From Malacoraja senta (Eukaryota), in NCBI GenBank assembly GCA_038087875.1, contig CM075988.1:6450001-6510000 (forward strand): a stretch of 60,000 nt of DNA, given 5' to 3'. Below the pieces are notes generated by a model. The model saw only the letters and a list, made by a program, of their open reading frames with translations, was not told the origin of the DNA and searched no databases. Shown here piece by piece: positions 37,491-48,964 of this stretch. Numbering within the stretch: position 1 is the stretch's first letter; the number at the start of each line of letters is the position of its first letter. The translations under genes were made by a program, and so were the position numbers.

Positions 37491-39846
37491 TCCAGGTGAT
37501 TTCCATTGGTTCCCATGGGATGTCACAATGGAGAAAGTCACACAAGCACCTTTGGCTGATGTACCAGAGATGGTCGGTTTCTCATTGGGAACTGTTGGGA
37601 ATGGAGGCACTGCTTCATGCATCAGGGACGTGGACATGGCTTGATGCATCAGCTGCAGGGTCACTACTTCATGGGTCAGATAGGCGGCACATTTTAACTA
37701 TGTGTGAAATCCCACAAATCTTCCCAAAGAAAATCTAACACAATGATTACAGTGTTGCTGCACAACATGGAGTCCAGTGCATCATGGAGACTCTTTCACT
37801 CTCCACTTATTCACCATTTTTGCTTCATTGTGTTTCCCTCCTCATCTTTAACACCGACCATTGCTCAGGCACAGCTCTACCAACCTCAATCCCCTTCTTT
37901 GCTTTGCAGTTCCAGGGTAGATGGCTTTTGCCATGTTGACTCATGCCAGGGTAAGGCTCCAACGTCGCCAACCATTGCTAATGGTTCCAAGCATTCCATC
38001 TCTCGCTGGTGTAGGTCCCACACTGATTGTCTGATTTTCTTCCTCTTCAAGCAAAACCTATAGAACAGGCACCAGCCATCGCCCACCCCAAGTCTGGTAA
38101 CTCAGGGGTGCAATGGCAATCCAAAAACATTTCTTATGTTCTCTCCGTCCCCTGAGCAATACTTACGTTGCTTAATGAGGTACGGTGTCGAGACTGAAAT
38201 TAGACTGGGAACATAAGGGTGGAACTTGGTTCTGTGACATCTTCTCAATGGAAATGCTGTAGTCTGTCCGTTTATTATCTTAGTTAAAGTTCTACCTTAT
38301 TTTAAGCAAATCGTTGAAATGATAAAGGGATCATGATGGCAAAAGAGTCTCCTCGTCCCTCCAGTGGGAGGAGACCCAGGTATAGTTTTTTTTGTCGCTC
38401 TGGCTGACATGGGGACAGTTTTGTACTCTGGAAGCAACTCTGCAGAACTTTATGGTTACTTGGACTCTCTGGTGCTTTGCGGACGGCAACTGGCCTCAAT
38501 CCCTGTCTTCCCCAGCAGTTAATCAATCACGGTGACAGGGATTAAGTAACGGCAGCAGCTTCAGACTGACAGTAGACATCAACGTCTTAGGTCACTGCAC
38601 GATGGTCGTCACGGAGATGCTGATAGAAGCACAAGCCCACTACCTCCTGTGAGGGTCTCTCCGCAACAGTCATCCCAGACCAGCCTCCTGTTTGTGTGGG
38701 GTATGAGAGTTGGGGGGGGGGGTGTCATCTCTAAGTATTTGAGGATTAGGGGTATAATAGGCATGTGTTACAGTGAGGAACATTGGCTAAACCAGAACAA
38801 CAGTGTATCCAGTATACGTGAGCATGTGGCAGTGAAAGGTGCATGTTACCGAGTCGTGGGTAAGTCAGTATATTATGGTAACAAGTATAATATTAATGGG
38901 AATGTATTACAGTGGGTATTACAGAATGTATTACAAATGTGTTATGCCTACTTTGAACAAGTTCTGCTCCTCTCTCCAGGTGTAAACCAGCATCTGCAGT
39001 TCCTTCCTACATATTACAGTGGAATATTGGGTATATTAATGTTACACTGTAAATATTGGATGCATTAGTTTTACAATAAGGGAGGGGCATAAGATCATTT
39101 AGTGAGGGAGGTGGTATATAGAGTAAATAAAGATACAAAGTGCTGGAGTAACTCAGTGGGTCAGGCAGCATCCATCCTTGGAGAACATGGATCGCCGATG
39201 TTTCAGGTTGAGACTCTTCTTCAGACAGTCTTCTATCCATGTTAGAAAGGATGCTGCTTGACCCGCTGAGATGCTCCAGCTCTTCTGTGTCTTTTATTGG
39301 ATACGAGTGTTGGAGTAAAGGGTGTAGGGTACATCCGACTGTGACTGTGAACTGTAAATGTACATTAGAGGATTCAGTGAGTGGGGTAGATCAGTACAAG
39401 ACAGTGAGAGGCATCGCATGTATCAGAACACTATAGCGAGCGGCTTGGGTATACGCAAACATCACGGTGACAAATGTGGCTACATTGGAGTATGTTACGG
39501 TGAAATAGGTGGGGTAAATCAGAGGGTTAAAGTGTTGGCAATAGAATATAACTGAGAGGATTCACTTCTAAATCAGAATGATACAGTGAGAATTATGGAA
39601 TGCATCAAATGTTTGAGGGACAAATTTAACTATTGCTGATCCCTGTCATTAGAGAGCCATTCGGGTGAGTAAGCACCAATGAACAGATTTTATTTCTGAT
39701 CTTTCTTTGGGCCTTGGCATATTTCATCACACCTCTGAGATCTCAAGAGCACAGGGATTCTCAGCTCTGTTGGAGATGAGGGTAGTGTGGCCAACTTCCC
39801 TTGAAGTCATCACGTAGCCCATTCTGGCTTACACTAGAGTTCAGTA

Positions 39847-40149
39847 ACAGTGGCGCAGCGGGTGGAGCTGCTGCCTCACCGCGCCAGAGACCCGGGTTCG
39901 ATGCTGACCATGGGTGCTGTCTGTGTGGAGTTTGCATGTTCTTCCTGTGACTGCGTGGGTTTTACTCTGGTGCTCTGTTGGCCTCCCACATCCCAAAGAC
40001 ATGCTGGTTTGTAGGTCAATGGGCTTCTGTAAACTGCCTTTAGTGTGTTGGATGTGAAAGTGAGATTAAATAGTGATCGTTGGTCGACAGGACAAGGTGG
40101 GCCGAAGGGCCTGGTTCAATGCTGTATCTCTAAAGTAAACTAAATTAAA
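39847..40149 (+). mobile_element. V-SINE
   Basis: Head, core and tail. Confidence 0.88.
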
Positions 40150-40869
40150 CGTACAGTGTAGGAAGGAACCGCAGATGTTGGTTTAAAGTGAAAGTAGACA
40201 CAAAAAGCTGGAGTAACTCAGAGGGTCAGGCAGCATCTCCGGAGAACAAGGATAGGCGATGTTTCAGGTCAAGACCCTTCTTCAGACTGAGACAGTCTCG
40301 ACCTGAAGCGTCACCTATCCATATTCTCCAGAGATGCTGCCTGAGCCGCTGAGTTACTTTGTTACCCCAGCTTTTAAACTAAAAACGTACAGCTTGTTTT
40401 TATGTGGTCCCAGTAACCATGGGCTGAATGCATGATAAATGGTTTTAAAAAAAGACGCTGTCTTGCTCTTGAATCCTGGTGAAGTTTGTGAACTATCTGT
40501 GGAGCTGTGACTGTGGGAGGGGCGGTGAGCATGGAGCTGCAGGTACCAGCAGCTGTGAGAGGAAGTGGAGGCTTCCAGCCACACCATAGAACCAGAGGCA
40601 CCAGACGGAGTACTGCGGGTGCAGACTCAGAATGTTGTTTACCTGAAGATGGAAATAAAAATCACAATGCGTTACTGAGGAAGGGCGATAATCATCGTAT
40701 TAAAAACCATACCTCTAATCGAGGAGTCCTCAGATTGCTTTGAGGATTAAAGTCTGCATAGAATGTACCAAGAAATTGTCATTCAGGAGATTGTGCAGAC
40801 AACCCACTGCCCCTATATTCTGTCAGTGAATAAATTCCTCACTTACTCCCATTCCCTACCTGTCCCCAC

Positions 40870-41550
40870 AAGACCATAAGACATAGGAGCAGAATTAGGC
40901 CATTCGGCCCATCAAGCCTACTCCGCCATTCAATTATGGCTGATATATTTTTCCCTTTCAACCTCATCCTCCTTCTCCCTATAACATTTGATGCCCTTCC
41001 TAATCAAGAACCTATCAATCTCTTCCTTAAAAATGCCCATTGACTTGACCTCCACAGCCATCTGTGGCAATGAATTCCACAGATTCACCAACACCCTCTG
41101 ACTACCCACCCAGACATGATTCCAAGCTGATTGTTTCAACTATTCACTCGGTACATTCCTGAATGCCGAAGGTTGAGGGGAGACCTGCTAGAATGATCTA
41201 GAATTATAGGAGGCGTAGATAGGGTCGAGAGCCAGCACCTTTTCCCCAGGGTGGAAATGTCAAAGACTAGAGGGCATTTGTTGAAGGTGAGAGGGGCAGT
41301 TTTTAGAAGGTGTGCGGGGCAGGTTTTTTACGCAGAGCACAGTGGGTGCCTGGAACGCGCTGCCAGGGGTGGTGGTGGAGGCAGATATGATAGTGGCATT
41401 TAAGAGGCTTTTGGATAGGCAGATGGATATGCAGGGACTGCCAGGATATGGATCACGTGCAGGAAGAGGAGATCGGATTATCATGGCATCGTGTCTGGCA
41501 CAAACATTGTGTGCTGAAGAGTCTGTTCCTGTGTGGTTCTGTTCCATGTT
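40870..41550. mobile_element. Two CR1 3' fragments in opposite orientation
   Basis: Minus: LVNLWNSLPQMAVEVKS...FKEEIDRFL. Plus: RGRFFTQSTVGAWNALPGVVVEADMIVAFKRLLDR. Confidence 0.85.
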
Positions 41551-42705
41551 CAATGCAGACGCACTGGCCTTCCACCCATTTATTACCATTTTATTTACCA
41601 AATAATTCTCCATTGTTCTTTTAATTAGGTTTCTATTTTTTCCAGCTAGGTTATTGTTTGGATATTAAAATCTCTGAATAAGTTATCTTGTATGGGCTAT
41701 CCCACTTATATTTTGAGTGAGTTATCCCTGGCAAGGTATCTACACTAAATACCGTGTTGCAGCTGGGAAGCTTTGGTTTGGTCTGAGTTGTTCTAATGTC
41801 CGTCAGTAACAGAGTGATAGTGGCTGAGATACCTTGCCATGTGTGTAGGCAATGCACCATCACCAAGCACTGGAGAGATGCAAAGATACAGAAATACAGC
41901 GGTGAAACAGACCCTTCAGCCCACCAAGTCTGTGCCGACCAACGTTCCCCATGCACCAGCACTATCCTACACAAAAAGCTGGAATAACTCAGCGGGACAG
42001 GCAGCATCTCTGGAGAGAAGGAATGGGTAACCTTTCGGGTTGAGACCCATCTTCAGACTCGGTTTAGACCAGCATCTGCAGTTCCTTCCTACAAAGGGAC
42101 AATTTACAATTTTAACGAAGCCAATTAGTCCTTTGTTGAACACGATGCAAAGTTATAAAATAATCTCATGGTTTGCTGCTGATCTTTGGTTATGGTGCCT
42201 CAATGGTGACTTTGTTAGACAGGTTGTTCTGGGAGCTTCGGTGGAATGTTGGTGAAGTCTAAAGAGATGTTTGGAGGAATGTCATTGACAGTAACTTGCT
42301 AAGGTATTAAACATCATTCTTGCCCTATATCCATTGGAGAAGCATAAGAGAAAGATGGGAGTTTAACTAACGCTGAGCCTTAGTAAGTGTCCTACAGAAT
42401 TTCACCGGAGGATTAAGACCAGTAAGGAGATGATCTCTACCATTCACAGTTAGATGATTTGGGTGAACCTTGTATTTGGGTGTGTAAGAGAAGCCTTTGG
42501 ACTTTCCTTAAACATAGAACAGTACATAATACAGTACAGGAACAGGCCCTTTGGCCCACAATATCCATGACGAACATGATGCCAAGTTAAACTAATCTCC
42601 TCTACCTGCGTGTGATCTACACCAAAGATAGACACAAAATGCTGGAGGAACTCAGCGGGACAGGCAGCATCACTGGAGAGAAGGAATGGGTGACGTTTCG
42701 GGTCA

Positions 42706-42975
42706 ATAGACAATAGACAATAGGTGCAGGAGTAGGCCATTCGGACCTTCGAGCCAGCACCGCCATTCAATGTGATCATGGCTGATCATCCCCAATCAGT
42801 ATCCTGTTCCTGCCTTCTCCCCATATCCCCTGACTCCGCTATCTTTAAGAGCCCTATCTAGCTCTCTCTTGAAAGCATCCAGAGAACCAGCCTCCACCGC
42901 CCTCTGAGGCAGAGAATTCCACAGACTCACAACTCTCTGTGAGAAAAAGTGTTTCCTCGTCTCCGTTCTAAATGG
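42706..42975 (-). mobile_element. Young CR1 3' fragment with (CTATTGT)n tail, nested in a PLE palindrome (about 42620-43125)
   Basis: FRTETRKHFFSQRVVSLWNSLPQRAVEAGSLDAFKRELD. Confidence 0.88.
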
Positions 42976-43714
42976 CTCGAGACCCTTTTTCAGATCTGAA
43001 GAAGGGTCTCGACCCGAAAAGTCACCCATTCCTTCTCTCCAGTGATGCTGCCTGTCCCGCTGAGTTACTCCAACATTTTGTGTCTATCTTTGTTTTAAAC
43101 CAGTATCTGTAGTTCCTCCATACACATGTGATTTATATCTGTCCATTCTTGCATATACATGTGCCTGTCCCTGAAACATCATTATTTAATTTGCTTCAAA
43201 GGGATTGGGAACCAGACCCCGAGGAAAGAAATATTTTAAATAATGTTACATTAAGCATTTCCTGTCCTAACCTGTTTTCACATTGGGCTGGGCAAGCAAC
43301 AAAGGCACAATAGTTATGCAGACTTGGAATTAAGTTGGTCCCAGATCTGATCTGGACGGTTAAAGAAACATCCCAATACTTTCAGCAGCAAAAATGGAGC
43401 CTGCAAGACTGGTGCAGGCCCAGGAGACTGAATCCCATGGTCTACACCTCCCCCTGCCTCTCACCCAAGCAGGCAACTTAACACCACCCCTTAAAAGTCC
43501 ACCATTCACCACACTGTCCTAATGGGGTTTGCGTCCATAGACTACATTCACTGACAGTGGATGGGCCCCGACCTCAATCCATATGGTCCTTGCTCCTAGT
43601 AGGAACCTTCCTGACCAGGCCAGATTCAAGAAGAACCAATTGCAAAATGGGAAAATGGCAAGTCCAAGGGGGCACAGTTGGCAACAGATGCCGCCTGGAA
43701 CTCAACATGTTGGG

Positions 43715-44105
43715 CAATGAAAGGCCTGGTTAGAGTGGATGTGGAGAGGATGTTTCCACTAGTGGGAGAGTCTCGGACTAGAGGTCACAGCCTCAGAATT
43801 AAAGGACGTTCTTTTAGGAAGGAGATGAGGAGGAATTTCTTTAGTCAGAGGGTGGTGATCTGTGGAATTCTTTGCCACAGAAGGCTGTGGAGCCCAAGTC
43901 AGTGGATATTTTTAAGGCAGAGATAGATAGATTCTTGATTAGTATGGGTGTCAGAGATTACAATACAATACGGTTTTATTCGTCACATTGCACATAAAGT
44001 GCAAGTGAAATATGAATTATGGGGTGAAGGCAGGAGAATGGGGTAAGGAGGGAGAGATAGATCAGCCATGATTGAATGGTGGAGTAGACTTGATGGGCCG
44101 AATGG
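43715..44105 (+). mobile_element. CR1 LINE 3' fragment
   Basis: VDVERMFPLVGESRTRGHSLRIKGRSFRKEMRRNFFSQRVV. Confidence 0.88.
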
Positions 44106-44482
44106 CTTTTGGATCCAAGTTGTTAAACAATGAAAGCAAGCTCCAAATGGCGGCGATGTTATTACATGTAGAGAAATGTCAATTATATTTGGTTTAGGGG
44201 GTGTGGTGACCAGAATTGCACATAATAGTCCAAATGGAGCCCAATTAAAATTTTATAAAGCTGCAACATAACTTCCCTACTTTTATACACAATGCCCTGG
44301 CCAATGAAGGCAATCATGCCAAGGACTTCTTTACCACCACATCCACTTGTGTTGTCATTTATAGGGAGCTAGGGACTGGCACCATCAGATCCATCTCTTC
44401 ATTAATACACCAAAGATGTGTGGCCACCCACTCGCACTAGTTCCATGTTATCCCACTTTCTCATCCGCCCCTGGCACACTTT

Positions 44483-44880
44483 AGGTTTAGTTTTAGAGAT
44501 ACAGTGTGGAACAGGCCCTTCAGCCCACCGAGTCCACGCCGACCAACAATCATCAGCACACTACTTCTATCCTAGGCACAGGTGACAATTTACAGAGGCC
44601 AATGAACCTACGGATCTGCACGTCTTTGGAATGTGTGAGGAAATGAGAGCACCCGGAGAAAGCCCGCACGGTCACAGAGAAAACGTACAAACGCCATGCC
44701 GGCACGTAGTCAGGATTAAACCTGGGTCTCTGGCGCTGCAATGCAGCAGCTCCACCTCTGCGCCACTGTGCCGTCCCACCAGGCGCAAATGACAGAGGTC
44801 AATTAACCTACAAACCTGCACGTCTTTGGGAAGGGGGAGGAAACTGGAGCCTCCAGAGGAAACCCACACAGTCACAGTGA
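44483..44880 (-). mobile_element. V-SINE nested within an older V-SINE
   Basis: Full copy 44483-44778 plus adjoining SINE pieces. Confidence 0.75.
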
Positions 44881-45340
44881 GGGCAGAATCATTGGCATCG
44901 GACAGGATGGTTGGCATGGACTTGGTGCATCGAAGAGCCTGTTTTTAATGTTGTATCTTTAAACTAAAACTAAAACTGATTCCCACACAGTGGGAATTTG
45001 GACGAGACATCCTGCCAGGATGCACTTTAACTTGGGTGTCATTTTCCCACCTTATTTCCCACATTTTGTCGAGTTTATTATGTCGAGTAATTATTGAATG
45101 GTAGGAGTTGGACCAGAAGGTTGTGAAGCACCATATCTCCATTGAAATGTAGAGTACATCATGTTGATATTAATGACTGTTGCGTGGTTTAACATTTCTC
45201 TTCCGGGATATTATGTTCAAGAAAATCCTCCCACACATCCTTTAAATGTGTTGGTTACTTCTGGAAAGAGCAAGGCTTCTGAGAGCTGCTAGATGGAGGT
45301 AGAATTTCCTTGGGTTTTGACCCAACTGCTGGTGGTTGGC

Positions 45341-45920
45341 TGTAGGAAGGAACTGCAGGTGCAGGTTTATACTGAAGATAGTCACAAAGTGCGTAAGTAA
45401 CTAAGCGGGTCAGGCAGCATCTCTGACGATAAGGGATGGATGATGTTTCGAGTTGGAACCCGACTTCAGCCTGAAAGTACAGGGCGGGGGGAGGGGGTGT
45501 GATGGAAACTAAAGGCCAGAACAAATCATGGCCGGCAACAGATGACCAAGGAAGGGTGGAGCCCATAATGGTTCATTGTTGGCTGGGGAAGAGGTGATGT
45601 GGAAGGGATGCAGGGATCTGAACAGAGGAACTAGTAGGATGACTAAGGTGGGGGGGGGGGAGTGGGGGGGAGAGATGGAATGTAGGGATTACATGAAATT
45701 AGAGAAATCAATGTTCATGTCGCTGGGTTGTAAGCTGCCCAAGCGAAATATGAAGTGCTATTTCTCCAGTTTGAGTGTGGCCTCACTAGCGTAGGAGCCC
45801 AGTACAGAAAGGTCAGTATAAGAATGGGAAGGGGAGTTTAAATATTTGGCAACCAGGAGATCGCGTCGGCCAAGGCGGAAGGAGCGTTCAGCAAAACCAT
45901 CCGCCAGACTGCTCTTGATC
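45341..45920 (-). mobile_element. Penelope-like element 3' fragment (decayed GIY-YIG domain + UTR)
   Basis: Minus translation SLADGFAE...LVAKYLNSPSHSYTDLSVLG...KLEK*HFIFRLGSLQPSDMNIDFSNFM*. Confidence 0.85.
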
Positions 45921-46224
45921 ATGGGGGCTTGAGAGGTCTCCCATTCCTAGATACATAACCCCTTATTCACGAAGGTCTCTCCCGGGAGATCCATGCACTG
46001 TTACCCCCTCCCCTCCCCTCCCCTCCCCTCCCCCCCTTTTCCCTTCCACTCATCCGAATTTATTTACCGGGATCATCCCTGCCTTTCTCCCTCAACCTCA
46101 CGGCAAACTTGGGCTGTAGGTCAGGATGGAAGTTTGGTTCAATGGTTCAATGGTGTTTCATTGTCACATGTGCGAAGTGCAAACGCACAGTGAGATTCTT
46201 TTCTCGCAGTAGTCTGGTAGAGTT

Positions 46225-46785
46225 TAGGGTTGCCAACTTTCTCACTCCCAAACAAGGGACAATAGGTCAAAATAAGGGACAAATTCCCGAAGGCAATTCG
46301 TTGACCGACTCTGCTGTGGCTGGGTGAATGCTGAGTTGGCCCGGGCGCTGGACTGCACACAAAGCCAACAGGCCAGCTGAGGAGATTTGGCCCGGGCGCC
46401 AGACTTTGCGCTCAAAAACTCCTCAGCTGGCCCCGCCGGCTGGGCTTTGAGTTCTGCTGCACGCAGAGTCCAGCACCCCATCTAACTCATGATCCGATGA
46501 TCGGCCATGAGAAGGAGGGGTGGTGGTGTCGGCGGTAAGCGAAGGTCCGAAGGTCGGACAGCTGGCGGGGCTGCCGCCCGACGGGGCCACGGCCGAGGCG
46601 CTACTGCTGCACTCCATGGGCTGCACTACGTCGGGACGGGTGAGGCGGGGGCCGGATGCGGCGCTCCGACCCGACAGTCCCCTCGACCCGAGTAGTAGCA
46701 GTCAAATACGGGACAAGGGCGGTCCCGTATGGGACAAACCGATTCAGCCCAATATACGGCTAATACGGGACAGTTAGCAACCCTC
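46225..46785. mobile_element. hAT-superfamily non-autonomous DNA transposon
   Basis: TIR TAGGGTTGCCAACT...AGTTAGCAACCCTC with 8-bp TSD GTAGAGTT (46217-46224, 46786-46793). Subterminal GGGAC repeats and CpG-rich interior. Confidence 0.88.
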
Positions 46786-47472
46786 GTAGAGTTTCACCAC
46801 ACCACCCCCAATTAGCAATAGAACAGCAACAGTCTACTGAGCACGCATTCAAGACGCATCATGCTTGGCGCCAGTTTTGGTGACAGTTACTGTTTGAACA
46901 CTCTGGAGATCGAAGAAACCTGTTGTAAAGCAGACATGTCTCAACACTGCAATTTGGTGTGTGACTTCTGACTCAGAGTAAACATGGTACACGGCACCCA
47001 CTTAGTGCTCCTCAATGTGTCGTCCAATCTTTTCCCCTCCCCATTCTGGGAAAGTAGATGTAAATCCCACTCAGTGAAAAGCAAACTATTCGAGGTGTGT
47101 TCGAGGAGACAGGACTCTGTAAAAACGAGGAGATTAGATGGCAGGGTTTTTTTTTAAAGAGATTTTAATTGCTGATGCGGCAGAATGCCAAATTGTGCCG
47201 GCTCCTGACTTCTGCACCTCCTCCCAGAGATGGATTTATCACTGACGTGCTTTCAAAGGAGCCGGCATGACAATATGCTGGCTGGTACTCTGTACTTGAA
47301 GGGTAAGATCGTCACATTTTAACCCGGTAAAAGCTGGAGAGGTGGGATTTTTCCGTCATTTTTTACCTTTCACTTTATTGTCAAATTTCCGAGAGCTCCC
47401 TTCACCCTCTCCTCCAAGGCCACGATCCCACATTATCTTGCTTTTCCCTTTATTATTTTCGTAGTTTATTAT

Positions 47473-47712
47473 TGTTTAGAGATACAGAGCGGAAACAGGC
47501 TCTTTGGCCCACCGTGTTCGCACCGGCCAGCGATCACACTAGCACTATCCTAAATACTAGGGGACTATTTACAATCTTCACTGAAGCCAATTAACCTACA
47601 CATCTGCACGTTTTTGGAGCGCCCGGAGAAAAACCCACTCAGTCACAGGGAGAACGTACAAAGTCCGTACACACAGCACCCGTAGTCAGGATCGAACCTG
47701 GGTCTCTGGCGA
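47473..47712 (-). mobile_element. V-SINE, 5'-truncated
   Basis: Reverse complement of tail and core. Confidence 0.85.
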
Positions 47713-47933
47713 TCCAGAATGGGTTCATTATCTATTTTTCATATACGCCATGGAGCTGTGAAAGGCAGAACTATTCTTCAATAATTATAACTGTTCACAG
47801 GGACTCCGATCAATGTCAGGTACTCCTTGATATATGGGAAATGGCCTTCTAACTAAAGGTCTCAGCCCGAAATTCAAAGAATCACTAACTTCATTATCGA
47901 TACATTCCCCATGCCACACCCTCTTTTAACTTG

Positions 47934-47987
47934 GGCAGTGTAGCTCAGTGATAGAACCTTTCACTGCAGATCAAGAGGTCCCTGGTT
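47934..47987 (+). pseudogene. Truncated tRNA-Cys(GCA) pseudogene fused to a V-SINE (47988-48251)
   Basis: GTGTAGCTCAGTGATAGAACCTTTCACTGCAGATCAAGAGGTCCCTGGTT closely resembles vertebrate tRNA-Cys up to the T-loop. Anticodon GCA at 47966-47968. Confidence 0.8.
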
Positions 47988-48715
47988 ATGCCTTATAGAG
48001 CCATAAACCCAGGTTCAATCCTGACCTCTGATCCTGTCAGTGTGGAGTTTGCACATTCTTCCTGTCAACGCATGGTGTCTCACTTGTAGGTTTGTAGCTT
48101 AATTGCCCTCTGTAGCATTACCCCTAATGCGTTTTTAGTGGATGAGAACGTGGGATAACACAGAACGAGTTGGAATGGATAATCATCAATGGCCAGCATG
48201 GACTTGGTGGGCCGATGGGCCTGTTTCCCTGCTGCATCTCTAAACTAAACTATTCTTCAATGTAGCAAAGAAATATAACTTTTTCAACGTCAATTATTCC
48301 CAGATATAGGGGAAATATTCTTCCACCCGGTCCTGAAAATATCTCAGCCCCAGACTCAAAGGATCGCATTTAATTATCTGCACATTTCTTTCCACCTTGC
48401 CTTCAATTCCCGAGCTCCCTGTGGCCTCTCTCAATGGCCAATCTGTGCCAAATTATGGGCAATTTGGGGCTATGGATTTTGCCCACTGGAAACTGGATTG
48501 TCCAAACATAGATGGAATCCTTACAATCAATAAATATTCCATCAAGGCACCACCGGTCACAAAATGAAACAACAGAATCTCGTCCACCTTGCCCAGCAGT
48601 TGTTTATCCACCAGTCTAATTGAGATCCAATTAATGCCATTTGACAAATATTCCACTTTTCAGCCGTGCTGCTCTATGGCACAGTTCATATACAACGTAT
48701 CCCAATGTGGACTTA

Positions 48716-48903
48716 ATGTTTAAGAAGGAACTGCAGATGCTGGAAAATCAAAGGTAGACAAAAATGCTGGAGAAACTCAGCGGGTGAGGCAGCATCTACG
48801 GAGCGAAGGAAATAGGCAACCCTTCTCGACCGGAAATGTTGCCTATTTCCTTCGCTCCATAGATGCTGCCTCACCCGCTGAGTTTCTCCAGCATTTTTGT
48901 CTA
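48716..48903. mobile_element. Palindromic Penelope-derived element (GUU subfamily)
   Basis: 14-bp TSD CCAATGTGGACTTA (48702-48715, 48904-48917). Confidence 0.85.
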
Positions 48904-48964
48904 CCAATGTGGACTTAGCTCACCCATGTAATCTTCATTTCCAGTTTATTTACATTCTGTCTTA

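Noticed and set aside
38488..38545. AACTGGCC (miR-193 seed) next to an ATCCCTGTC/GACAGGGAT inverted repeat
   Set aside because: Stem too short and arm placement wrong for a pre-miRNA.
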